64,000 nucleotides of DNA from Eledone cirrhosa (GCA_964016885.1 OZ024741.1:294748001-294812000); one strand, 5' to 3'; positions 25,342-39,215 are shown, numbered from the stretch's first letter. Numbers and translations: made by a program. Notes: generated by a model not told the origin, from the letters alone.

Positions 25342-25828
25342 CACATCATATATATACATATATATATACACACATATTTATATATATGTGTGTGTATATG
25401 TACGTATATATATATATGTGTGTGTATCATCATCATCATCATCATCACCGTTTTACGTCCGTTGTTCCATGCTAGCATGGGTTAGACGGGTTGTCCTGTT
25501 GTGGGCAGTGTCCAGTCGGCTCAACTTGTCTTGCTCATATGGGAACTGATTCTAGCTTGATTTCTACAGCTAGATGCCCTTCTTAACACCAACCTCATTT
25601 ACAGTGAGTGCTGGGTGCTTTATTGCCGTGGCACCACCATGACCACTTTGCAGTGATAGGGACCCCAGTCCTATCATCTCATTTCTACAGCTGAGTAAAC
25701 TGGAGCAATGTGAAATAAAGTGTCTTGCTAAAGGAAACAACACATCACCCAGTAAGAGAATTGAACTCACAACCTTTCGATTGCAAGCCCAATGCTCTAA
25801 CCACTAAGCCATGTGCCTTCACTGTATA

Positions 25829-25869
<41 letters not shown>

Positions 25870-26114
25870 ATATGTATGTATTGCAGTGTGTCTGCAGTCA
25901 ATTCACATAACTATAAGCTGAAGACAATGGACTGTAGGAATATTTTATTGCTTTGCAAATCTTGTGGTGGAGAAAGCTACCAGTCATATTTATCTCACCT
26001 CCCTCACTATAGTGTATTTATCCTAGGTAGTAAGTCTTTTCTCTTAAGATGCTGGTGTCTGCACTTTCATGCTGAAGAATTATATTTATGTAGAGTCAAT
26101 CCCTCTTTCTTGCA

Positions 26115-26386
26115 GGCATGTGGCCTAGTGGTAAGAATGTTGGACTTACAATCATAATGCTATGCGTTTGATTCCAGTGCAGGGTTGTGCTTTGTGTTCT
26201 TGAGCAAAACACTTCATTTAACATTACTCCAGTATACTCACCTGAAATGAGTACCAGAAGTTGCTGGGCTTTAAATCTATGATGGACCGGCATCCTGTCC
26301 AGGTGGGAATCTTGTACTCTGTTACTTATCACCATGAAAAACAGGATAAGCACTGGCCTTATGAGCCTCCTGTCTCGAGACAGACG
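26115..26386 (+). mobile_element. SINE family B
   Basis: Homologous to 1640-1927. Partial copies at about 364-470, 7088-7325, 21738-21900 (-), 25657-25822 (-), 51465-51715 (-) and 57595-57845. Confidence 0.78.
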
Positions 26387-26994
26387 TTAGATGTTTAGAA
26401 TCACTCTTGCGAACAGATATTCATGCCTAACATATTGAATTTGAACAAGATCTGTATGATTAATGAAAGGAAGGGATTTGATGTCAGAAAGAAATGTATT
26501 CAGTCAGAAGTAACTACTTGAATGTAGTGAAGGAAAAATTGGAAGATATGCACCACTTACCCTTATCCTCCATTCCTCCTTCCATGCACCTCCATGCACT
26601 AACACTCTACCCATATTTTAATCACCCCACCGTCTCCCACGCCTTTACCGCACCGCCACCCCAGTCGTCAGCCCATACTGTAAAGTGGTCATGTAGGTGT
26701 TAAGAGAAAAAGCACCCAGCAATTGCTGTAAATGTGGTTGGCATTAAGCAGGGCATTCAGCTATAGAAACCAAGCCAGAAGCAGTTCTATATGAGTAAGA
26801 TACAGTCACCTGACCTGACTTACCTCAAATGGGACAACCCATCTAACCTATGCTAGCATGGAAAATAGACAAGAAATGATAATGATGATGATGATGATAT
26901 ATATATATATATATATATATATGAATGTATATATAGTGTATTTTGAAATACACTGTATGCTTAATAAAAAGCATTTTGAAGACCTTATGCTATT

Positions 26995-27803
26995 GTTTTA
27001 GAGTAGTGACAAACGCACTTACTTTAATTTCAGCAAACTTAAATTTCTTTAAGTCGTTTGGAAGCCTCGACAATGCAGATGGGTAAATCTCCGGGTAACA
27101 AGATCCGGTGGTGGAGAGAGAGATGTAAGTGGGTGTACGTTGAGATGTGTGGCGTGTAGAAAACTGCAGCATGTAGAAGAATGTAGGAAAGAGAGTTAAG
27201 GATACAAATAAAAACATGAGATAGAGTTACCTTGGGAGAGATTTAATTGTCCCTATATTTTTCGGATTCACATCCATCAACTGGGTTTTTTTTCCGGGGG
27301 AGGGGGGAAGGTTGTCTGTCGGAAAGGTGCGAAACGTATCCTCCGCTGTTCGTTGTTTTGAATATCTGAGGTATTCAGAAGAGCGCGCGTGCGCGTGAAA
27401 TGGGGTCGGTCAATCAGAGGTGGGCGGCCGAAATAGTTCTTTCAATTGTGGGAGTGGGGTGGCGCTAGCTGTCAGTCCATAGTATTCTCTGCCTGTTTGG
27501 TGAATGTTACTGTGTGTGTGTGCATGTGTTGTTGTCTCGCTTGAGTGTGTGTGCGTGTGTTGTTGCCTTGTTCGTCTGTATTGGCAGTGTAGTATGTTCG
27601 TATGGTGGAATGCTACTGTGTGTGTGTGATGCTGTCTCGCTTGTGTGTGTGTGTGTTGCTGCATCGTTTGTTTACTTAAACCAACCACCTCATTTCGCTT
27701 CTCTCGGATTAGTTGTTTCTATTGTGGCACTAGGCGTTTGATCCAAAGTGCTTCCTTGATACGTAATGTGCCGACGTTTCATTCTGTCACTAGAATTGTG
27801 ACC
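26995..27803 (-). mobile_element. Diverged 3' fragment related to PLE family 2
   Basis: 27675-27802 minus reads VTILVTE*NVGTLRIKEALWIKRLVP, homologous to the 41.1-41.2 kb peptide. Shares gcgcgtgcgcgtga, the HHR-like motif and agagatttaat context. Confidence 0.72.
27252..27285 (-). ncRNA. Minimal hammerhead-like motif (variant core CAGTTGA)
   Basis: CC-CAGTTGA-t-GGAT gtga ATCC-GAAAAATATA-GG. Stem II covaries with the 40443 copy. Confidence 0.42.
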
Positions 27804-30320
27804 AATATATATATTATTGAGAACAATAATATATATAATATATATAATATATATAATATATATATATATAATATATATATATATATGATATATATATATA
27901 ATATATATATATATGATATAAATATATAATATATATAATATATATATATATATTATATAATATATATTATATATATATAATATATATATATATATAATAT
28001 ATATATAATATATATATATAAAATATATATATATAAAATATATATATATATAAAATATATATATATATAATATATATATATATATTATATAATATATATA
28101 TATAATATATATATATATATAAAATATATATATATAAAATATATATATATATAATATATATATATATATTATATAATATATATATATAATATATATATAT
28201 ATATATAATATATATATTTAATATATATATATAAAATATATATATATAAAATATATATATATAAAATATATATATATAAAATATATATATATAAAATATA
28301 TATATATATAATATATATATATATAATATATATATATATAATATATATATATAATATATATATAATATATATATATATATAATATATAATATATTTTCCA
28401 CGCAATTATTTTAGTTAGCACCCGAACTCATAATTAGGAATATAATCACTTATTTCCTAATGTTTGTTGAGTGAGTTGGATAATTAGGAATATAATCACT
28501 TATTTCCTAATGTTTGTTGAGTGAGTTGGGATTTGGCCGGAGTATCGCTAAGAAGCTTTCTCCGATATTGTATTTATATATATATATATATATAATATAT
28601 ATATAATATATATATATTATATATATTATATATATATTATATATATATTATATATATAATATATATATATATATTATATATATATATAATATATATATTA
28701 TATATATATAATATATATATAATCTATATATAATATATATATATATATATATTATGAATATATATATATTATATATATATTATATATATATAATATATAT
28801 ATTATATATATATTATATATATATTATATATATATATATATTATATATATATTATATATATATTATATATTATATATATATTATATATATATAATATATA
28901 TATATATATATAATATATATAATATATATATATATATAATATATATATATATATATAATATATATATATTATATATACAATATATATATATTATATATAT
29001 ATTATATATATATATTATATATATATATAATATATATATTATATATTATATATATATATATAATATATATATTATATATATATATATAATATATATATTA
29101 TATATATATATATATAATATATATATTATATATATATATATAATATATATATTATATATTATATATATATATATAATATATATATTATATATATACATAT
29201 AATATATATATTATATATATATAATATATATATTATATATAATATATATATATATATATATAATATATATATATTATACATATAATATATATATATAATA
29301 TATATATATTAAATATATATAGATATATATTATATATATATAATATATATATATATATAATATATATATATTAAATATATATATATTAAATATATATATA
29401 TATATATTATATATATATAATATATATACGTATATATATAATATATATATATTATATATATATATAATATATATATATTATATATATAATATATATATAT
29501 TAAATATATATTATATATATATTATATATATATTATATATATTATATATATATATATATAATATATATATTATATATAATATATATTATATATATATTAT
29601 ATATATATTATATATATTATATATATATATATATAATATATATATTATATATATATTATATATATATAATATATATATTATATATATATAATATATATAT
29701 ATTATATATATATATATATATAATATATATATTATATATATATTATATATATATATATTATATATATATAATATATATATATTATATATATATTATATAT
29801 ATATTATATATATATAATATATATATTATATATATATATATTATATATATATTATATATATATTATATATATATAATATATATATTATATATATATTATA
29901 TATATATTATATATATATAATATATATATTATATATATATAATATATATATTATATATATATAATATATATATTATATATATATAATATATATATTATAT
30001 ATATATAATATATATATATTATATATATATTATATATATATTATATATATATAATATATATATTATATATATATATAATATATATATTATATATATATAA
30101 TATATATATATTATATATATATAATATATATATTATATATATATAATATATATATATTATATATATATAATATATATATATTATATATATATATAATATA
30201 TATATTATATATATATATAATATATATATTATATATATATAATATATATATTATATATATATAATATATATATTATATATATATAATATATACATTATAT
30301 ATATATATATAATATATATT
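27804..30320. repeat. Imperfect (TA)n array
   Basis: Nearly pure TA with TAA/TTA phase shifts; one island at 28396-28574. Confidence 0.95.
28431..28529 (+). repeat. 51-bp tandem duplication in a non-TA island within (TA)n
   Basis: taattaggaatataatcacttatttcctaatgtttgttgagtgagttgg occurs twice. Confidence 0.9.
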
Positions 30321-31374
30321 ATAGTAATAATAATAAATTTGAAGACTAAAATCCAAAGAGGGCTCGATAAGGATAAATATATATCAAATATATAAGAACC
30401 GTAGAGCAAATATTTATTTAAATAACAGATCTTCTGAAACTAACAAAGTCAATCTGTAAACGCAGAACTGGATATTTCAAAAAACGTTGCAACCGGAGGA
30501 AGATATGAAGACGATACTTTGGTTCGTGGAAACGTTCGCTGGCGAAGAACGGGAAAAAACGAATAATACGTCATTAATAGGAGCGGTGAAAAACATTTAC
30601 GCGCAAAGACAGAACCACGTTTATGGTATAAAAGAGATCGTAGACTAATGTTCTCTTAGGTGGTGCATAGAGACGTTCTCTGGCAATGAACGAAAAAACG
30701 AAGATATTACGTCATATGTGGGGCGTGGAGAACAATAGCACGCAAAGACAAAACCACGTAAATGGTGTAGCAGAAGTCGTAGACTAAAATTCTAACTAGG
30801 AGACCAAATGAATCTCCGCTACAGAGTTAAGAACTAAGTAAATAAATACATACACGCAAACTAAAACGCACATACACAAGCATACGCAAAACCTTACCAT
30901 AGGTATACAGAACCACGCGCATATAAATATGTGTGTGTGTGTGTATGCGTGTATACAAATAAATAAATAATTATATAAACGTATGTAAATAAATAAATAC
31001 GTATATAACAAGCGCACACACATACCTACATATAAATACACGAATGTTCGGAGACGTAAGTCAACTAAAACAAGAAGTACACATATACACACACACACCA
31101 TACGTACGAACCTACATAATGACACAGACGCAAAAACTCCCGTATACACATAGCCAAACCCTATGTACCAGAATATATAAAATTATACGCCATAGCAATC
31201 AAATATACGTACGAGAAGGTATACGTACCTTCACAAATCATACGGGTAGTATATACTTACCTATGCAAATAAGTAAAGGAATAAACAAAACATATACTTA
31301 GCTCCCACATCAAGACGTAAAATATCCACGTATAGATCGTACTATCCGTTAGGGTATAACGTGTGGCTGTAATA
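30321..31374 (-). repeat. Inverted pseudo-LTR of the PLE, with its hammerhead largely deleted
   Basis: Reverse complement of the 3' pLTR (ORF-track peptides 31044+ and 33677- are near-identical). Lacks 43 nt between GAT repeats near 30430. Confidence 0.88.
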
Positions 31375-31509
31375 AATATTTGCTCTACGGTTCTTATATA
31401 TTTGATATATATTTATCCTTATCGAGCCCTCTTTGGATTTTAGTCTTCAAATTTATTATTATTACTATTTGGCTCCCTCCGTTGAGCACTCTACTGACTT
31501 ATATTTATC

Positions 31510-33636
31510 ATGCAGAAACAACATCTGAATATTTCTACAAAGAACATACCCGTACCAAGCAGGAAAACATACCTAAAACTCCTGATACAGAAAACAGACG
31601 CGTTCATTAAAAGGTTGCGTTGGCGTGCCTTTTATTTCGATAATCCGCGAAAAGCAGACAACAAACAGGATAAATTTGGATTTAAAACCTATAATAACCC
31701 CCCGTGTAACCCAGCATTGCTACCCTTCAAAAATGATGTCTTGGAACTCATTCGGAGTATCAAATTTCGGAATAGGAGCAATTCCTTCCAGCTAGACCTG
31801 AAGAATAGAATTCGTTCTATTAACGATTCTAACGCCGTGCACGTCCATTCCGACAAAACTGGCAACCTATATCAAGTGGAGCGCAGTACTTACCATCAAC
31901 TACTACATAATGCTGTAACTAAGGATTACCGTAAAACTAATCGGTGCGTCATCAATGAAATCAACGATGCTGGGTTTAAAATCACATCTGATCTCAACAT
32001 CCTGGACCGGACCGAACCTCTGGACCCTATTTCTCCCCACTTTACCCTGAAGGATCACAAATCCAATTTTCCGAATAACCCCTCTATTCGGCTTATTAAC
32101 CCTACGAAGTCCGATTTAGGTAGACTTAGTAAACGATTCTTGATAGAATTATACCTGAAATTAGAAGTTTGGCCCCTCTTGCACTGTGGAACAATTCTTT
32201 CGCGGTGATTGATTGGTTCAACGGCATATGTAACAAGGAACATGCCGTTTTATCCAATTCGACATCAACAATTACTACTCCTCCATCACTTTACCACTTC
32301 TCCTTAGAGCTATCAATTTCGCTAAAACACTCACAGTGGTTGAGGATTTCGAAGTTGATGTCATCCTCAATGCCCGAAAGTCGGTGATTAATTTCGACGA
32401 CTCTATTTGGATAAAAAATCCAATAGTACCCCATTCGACGTGAGTATGGGCGCCAGTGACTCTGCGGAGGTTACTGATCTTATTGGCCTTTTCCTTCTTT
32501 TCTCTATCAAGGACGAATTCGCCAACTCCGGCGGTGGTTTGTACCGTGACGATGGTCTTTTGACCATGACTAAGTGCAGACCTCGTGCTTGCGACAGGTT
32601 CAGAAAAGAACTCACAGCCTTCTTTAAAGGCTTCAACCTCTCTATACAGGTTGAGGCCAATCTCTCGGTCGTTAATTACCTCGACGTTACCCTCAATTTA
32701 TTGAATGGGTTGTATTACCCGTATAGAAAGCCGAATGATACGCTTAATTACATAAGTAAGCATTCCAACCATCCTGCCAGCATAACCAAGAACCTGGTAA
32801 GAAACGTTTCGTTGAGGCTTTCCCGTCTTTCCACCAACGAGCGTATTTTCAACGACCATTCCACTTATTACAATGAAGCTCTTGCTCGAAGTGGATTTGT
32901 CGATAAGGTAGCATATACAGAGTACGAAAATAGACCTAGAAGAAATAGATCCCGTCGCATTTGTTGGTATAACCCACCATATAATATGGAGGTGGCCACA
33001 CCATTAGCTAAGATCTTTCTTTCCCTTATTACGAAGCATTTTCCCCCTACACATAAATATAGTAAAATTTTTAATAGAAATACTATTAACATTTCTTACT
33101 CTACGACTCCTAACCTTGCACATAACATCACAGCTTCAAATTTAGCTAAACTACCTAGCCGTAGGATCACGTGCAACCCTGTAGTTAGTACTAACTGTAA
33201 TTGTAGGAATCGGGCTGATTGCCCCCTATCCGGGAAATGCCTCTCTAGTAACATTGTCTACAAATGTAAGGTTGTAACACCCACGACCCGTAGGGCCTAC
33301 ATAGGGTTAACCGCCAATAGTTTCAAGCAGCGTCTTTACATGCATACCCATTCTTTTCGTTACCCTCTAAGAAGGAATATGACGTCACTTTCAGCTTATA
33401 TCTGGAGTCTAAAAGACAACCACACCCAATATAAGTTACACTGGGAGATCCTAGCTAGGGCTAGATCGTATAACGGAAATAAAAGACCATGTGACCTCTG
33501 CGCCGCTGAGGCCCTGGAAATACTCTACGCTACAGATCACATCTTAAACAAAAAATCTGAGGCAATTTCGGCTTGTAAACATAAATTGCACAAAACTTTC
33601 ATGTATTACAGCCACACGTTATACCCTAACGGATAG
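31510..33636 (+). CDS. Penelope-like element ORF: reverse transcriptase plus C-terminal GIY-YIG endonuclease (~710 aa after correcting 3 single-base frameshifts)
   Basis: Joins ORFs 31510-32208, 32169-32387 and 32407-33636. RT motifs SDKTGNLY, IRLINPTKS, FIQFDINNYYSSI (off-frame), FDVSMGA, GLYRDDGL, NYLDVTL. Linker CNCRNRADCPLSGKC. GIY-YIG NIVYKC...AYIGLT..FKQR. Confidence 0.93.
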
Positions 33637-34556
33637 TACGATCTATACGTGGATATTTTACGTCTTGATGTGGGAGCTAAGTATATGTTTTGTTTATTCC
33701 TTTACTTATTTGCATAGGTAAGTATATACTACCCGTATGTTTTGTGAAGGTACGTATACCTTCTCGTACGTATATTTGATTGCTATGGCGTATAATTTTA
33801 TATATTCTGGTACATAGTGTTTGGCTATGTGTATACGGGAGTTTTTGCGTCTGTGTCATTATGTAGGTTCGTACGTATGGTGGGTGTGTGTATATGTGTA
33901 CTTCTTGTTTTAGTTGACTTACGTCTCCGAACATTCGTGTATTTATATGTAGGTATGTGTGTGCGCTTGTTATATACGTATTTATTTATTTATATACGTT
34001 TATATAATTATTTATTTATTTGTATACACGCATACACACACACACACACACACATATTTATATGTGCGTGGTTTTGTATACCTATGGTAAGGTTTTGAGT
34101 ATGCTTGTGTATGTACGTTTTTGTTTGCGTGTATGTATTTATTTATTACTTCTGTATTGTATTTATTTACTTTGTTCTTAACTCTGTAACATGGTCTCCT
34201 AGTTAGAATTTTAGTCTACGACTTCTGCTACACCATTTACGTGGTTTTGTCTTTGCGTGCTATTGTTCTCCACGCACCACATATGACGTATTATCTTCGT
34301 TTTTTCGTTCATTGCCAGAGAACGTCTATATGCACCACCTAAGAGAACTTTAGTCTACTACCTCTTTTATACCATAAACGTGGTTCTGTCATTGCGCGTA
34401 AATGATTTTCACCGCTCCTATTAATGACGTATTATTCATTTTTTCCCGTTCTTCGCCAGCGAACGTTTCCACGGACCAAAGTATCATTTTCCTGTCTTCT
34501 ACCGGTTGCAACGTTTTTTGAAATATCCAGTTCTGCGTTTACAGAGTGACTTTGTT

Positions 34557-34607
34557 AGTTTCAGAAGATCCCGTTAAGGGTGAAAGCAGCGATTCTTTGC
34601 TTAAACT
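34557..34607 (+). ncRNA. Type I hammerhead ribozyme in the PLE 3' pLTR
   Basis: AGTTT-CAGAAGA-tCCC gttaa GGGt-GAA-AGCA gcgattctt TGCT-T-AAACT: stems I, II and III all pair around a CAGAAGA/GAAA core. Predicted cleavage after 34602. Confidence 0.72.
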
Positions 34608-34690
34608 TTAATCTGTTATTTTAATAATTAATATATATTATATATATATATAATATATATATTATATATATATATAATATATATTAATCA

Positions 34691-34791
34691 TTAAAATAAC
34701 AGATTAAAGTTTAAGCAAAGAATCGCTGCTTTCACCCTTAACGGGATCTTCTGAAAATAACAAAGTCACTCTGTAAATGCAGAACTGGATA
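34691..34791 (-). repeat. Short inverted copy of the PLE 3' end including the HHR
   Basis: Reverse complement of about 34525-34624, separated from it by a TA run. Confidence 0.85.
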
Positions 34792-34859
34792 TATATTATA
34801 TATATATATATGATATATATATATAATATACATATTATATATATATATATAATATATAT

Positions 34860-34906
<47 letters not shown>

Positions 34907-36462
34907 TATATATACATATATATATATAATAAATATAGAATATGTATATTATATATATATATTATATATATATATAATATATATATTATATATATATAAT
35001 ATAAATATTATATATATATATAATATATATATTATATATATATATATAATATATATATAATATGTATATTATATATTTATATCATATATATATTATAAAT
35101 ATATATAATATAAATATTATATATATATATATAATATATATAATATGTATATAATATAATATATATAAAATATATATATATTATATATATTATATATATA
35201 TATATATAATATATATATAATATATATATATATTATATATATTACATATATATATTATACATATATATATATAATTTATATATATTATATATTTATATTA
35301 TATATATATTATATATATATAAAATATATATATTATATATATATAATATATATATATATATTATATATATATATATTATATAATATATATATATATAATA
35401 TATAATATATATAATATATATATAATATATATATAATATATAATATATATAATATATATATAATATATATATATATATTAGATATATATAATATAAGTAT
35501 ATTATATATAATATATATATTATATATATATATATAATATATATATATATTATATATATATAATATATATATATAATTATATATTATATATATATATAAT
35601 ATATATATAATATATATATATTTTTTATATATATAATATATATATAATATAAATATATAATATATATATATTATATATATATATGTCTAATATATATATA
35701 TTACATATATATATATATAATATATATATATTATATATATATATTATATATATTATATATATTTTATATAATATATATATTATATATAATATATATATTA
35801 ATTATAATATATATATTATATATATAATATTATTTTATATATATATATATAATATATATATTATATATATATATTATATATATATATATTATATATATAT
35901 TATACATATATATATAATATATATATTATATATAATATATATATTATATATATATATATAATATATATATTACATATATATATATAATATATATATTATA
36001 TATATATATTATATATATATTATACATATATATATAATATATATATTATATATAATATATATATTATATATATATATATAATATATATATGACATATATA
36101 TATATAATATATATATTACATATATATATATAATATATATATTATATATATATTATATATATATAATATATATATTATATATATATATAATATATATATA
36201 TAATATATATATTATATATATATATTATATATATATAATATATATATTATATATATATATAATATTTATATTATATATATATATAATATATATATTATAT
36301 ATATATTTTTAATATATATAAATTATATATATATATGTATAATAAATATATATATAATATATATATATAATATATATAATATATATATATTTTATATATA
36401 TATAATATATATATATTATATATAATATATATATATTATATATATATAAATTATATATATAT

Positions 36463-36494
<32 letters not shown>

Positions 36495-37624
36495 ATTTAT
36501 TATACATATATATATATAATATATATATATAATATATATAATATATATATATTTTATATATATATAATATATATATATTATATATAATATATATATTTTA
36601 TATATATATAATATATATATATTATATATAATATATATATTATATATATATATAATATATATATGTATAATATATATAAATTATATATATATATGTATAA
36701 TATATATATATATAATATATATATAATATATATATATTATATATATATATAATATATATATAATATATATATATATTATATATATATATAATATATATAT
36801 AATATAAATATATAATATATATATATTATATATATATGTCTAATATATATATATTATATATATATATAATATATATATATTATATATATATAATATATAT
36901 ATTATATATATTTTATATAATATATATATTATATATAATATATATAATATATATATTAAAAATAATATATATATTATATATATATAATATATATATTATA
37001 TATATTTTATATAATATATATATTATATATAATATATATATTAAATATAATATATATATTATATATATTATATATATATATATAATATATATATTATATA
37101 TATATTATACATATATATATAATATATATATTATATATATATAATATATATATGACATATATATATATAATATATATATTACATATATATATATAATATA
37201 TATATTATATATATATAATATATATATTATATATATATATAATATTTATATTATATATAATATATATATTATATATATATAATATATATATTATATATAT
37301 ATAATATATATATTATATATATATAATATATATATTATATATATATAATATATATATTATATATATATATGTAATATATATATTATATATATATATATAT
37401 GTCATATATATATTATATATATATAATATATATATTATATATAATATATATATTATATATAATATGTATAATATATATATAATATATATATATAATATAT
37501 ATATTATATATATATAATATATATAATATATATATTATATTTAATATATATATTATATATAATATATATATTATATAAAATATATATAATATATATATTA
37601 TATATATATAATATATATTTTATA

Positions 37625-37812
37625 TAATTGTTTCTACTTTAGGCACAAGGCCAGCAATTATCCAGTGCATTACTGGTACTTTATTTTATCGACCCCGTAA
37701 GGATGAAAGGCAAAGTCAACCTCGGCGGGATTTGAACTCAGATCGTAAAGGGACGTAGCTATGCTGGAAAGCATGGCGTCCGACTCTCCACCGATACTGC
37801 CAATCCACCGCC
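37625..37812 (-). mobile_element. SINE family A
   Basis: Reverse complement of family A. Confidence 0.85.
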
Positions 37813-38435
37813 ATTTTTTATATAATATATATATTTTATATAATATATATATTATATATAATATATATATTAAATATAATATATATATTATATATATTAT
37901 ATATATATATATATATAATATATATATTATATATATATATTATATATATATTATACATATATATATAATATATATATTATATATAATATATATATTATAT
38001 ATATATAATATATATATGACATATATACATATAATATATATATTACATATATATATATAATATATATATTATATATATATAATATATATATTATATATAT
38101 ATAATATATATATTATATATATATATATATAATATTTATATTATATATATATATAATATTTATAATATATATATATATAATATATATATTATATATATAT
38201 AATATATATATTATATATATATAATATATATATTATATATATATGTATATATATATTAATATATATATATATAGTATAATATATATATATATAATATATA
38301 TATTATAATATATATATAATATATATATATAATATATATAATATGTATAATATATATATATATTATATATATATATAATATATATATAATATATATATAT
38401 AATATATATAATATATATAATATTATATATATTTT

Positions 38436-38482
<47 letters not shown>

Positions 38483-38724
38483 CATAATATATATTATATA
38501 TATATATAATATATATATAGATAATATATATATAATATATATATATATTTTATATATATATAATATATATATAATATAAATATATAATATATATATTATA
38601 TATATATGTCTAATATATATATATTATATATATATAATATATATATATTATATATATATATATAATATATATATGACATATATATATATAATATATATAT
38701 TACATATATATATATAATATATAA

Positions 38725-38914
38725 GGGCGGAGGATTGGCAGTATCGGTAGAGGGTTGGACGCCATGCTTTGACGCATAGAGTTACGGTCCTTGCCATTCT
38801 GAGTTCAAATCGTGCCGAGGTTAACTTTGCCTTTCATCCTTTCGGGGTTGATAAAATAAAGTACCAGTAATACACTTGGTAATTGCTGGCCTTGTGCCAA
38901 ATGTAGAAACAATT
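38725..38914 (+). mobile_element. SINE family A
   Basis: Near-identical to 20334-20518; inserted in (TA)n. Confidence 0.85.
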
Positions 38915-39100
38915 ATATATATATATATATATATAATATATATATATTATATATATATAATATATATATTATATATATTTTATATAATATATATATTATA
39001 TATAATATATATAATATATATATTAAATATAATATATATAATATATATATTATATATATTATATATATATATTAAATATAATATATATATTATATATATT

Positions 39101-39215
39101 AATTTATTAAAATAACAGATTAAAGTTTAAGCAAAGAATCGCTGCTTTCACCCTTATCGAGCCCTCTCTGGATTTTAGTCTTCAATTTTATTATTATTAC
39201 TATTATTACTATTAT
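39101..39215. mobile_element. Chimeric PLE pLTR fragment (minus-strand HHR half joined to plus-strand terminus)
   Basis: aataacagattaaagtttaagcaaagaatcgctgctttcaccctta (antisense to 34576-34621) runs into ccttatcgagccctctctggattttagtcttcaa (same as 31417-31450) through a CCTTA overlap. Confidence 0.8.

Larger units (their letters stand above)
30321..34628 (+). mobile_element. Near full-length Penelope-like retroelement with inverted upstream pseudo-LTR
   Basis: About 30419-31374 is the reverse complement of about 33604-34625 (ORF 3' end plus 3' UTR). 30321-30418 is the reverse complement of 31371-31468. Both flanks are (TA)n. Confidence 0.9.

Noticed and set aside
24022-25475. Duplicated 70-100 aa ORFs on both strands
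   Set aside because: They arise from the tandem non-coding element. No domain motifs, and frames are not consistently preserved.
30796-31301. Twin ORFs matching 33677-34098
   Set aside because: By-products of the inverted pLTR duplication; low complexity.
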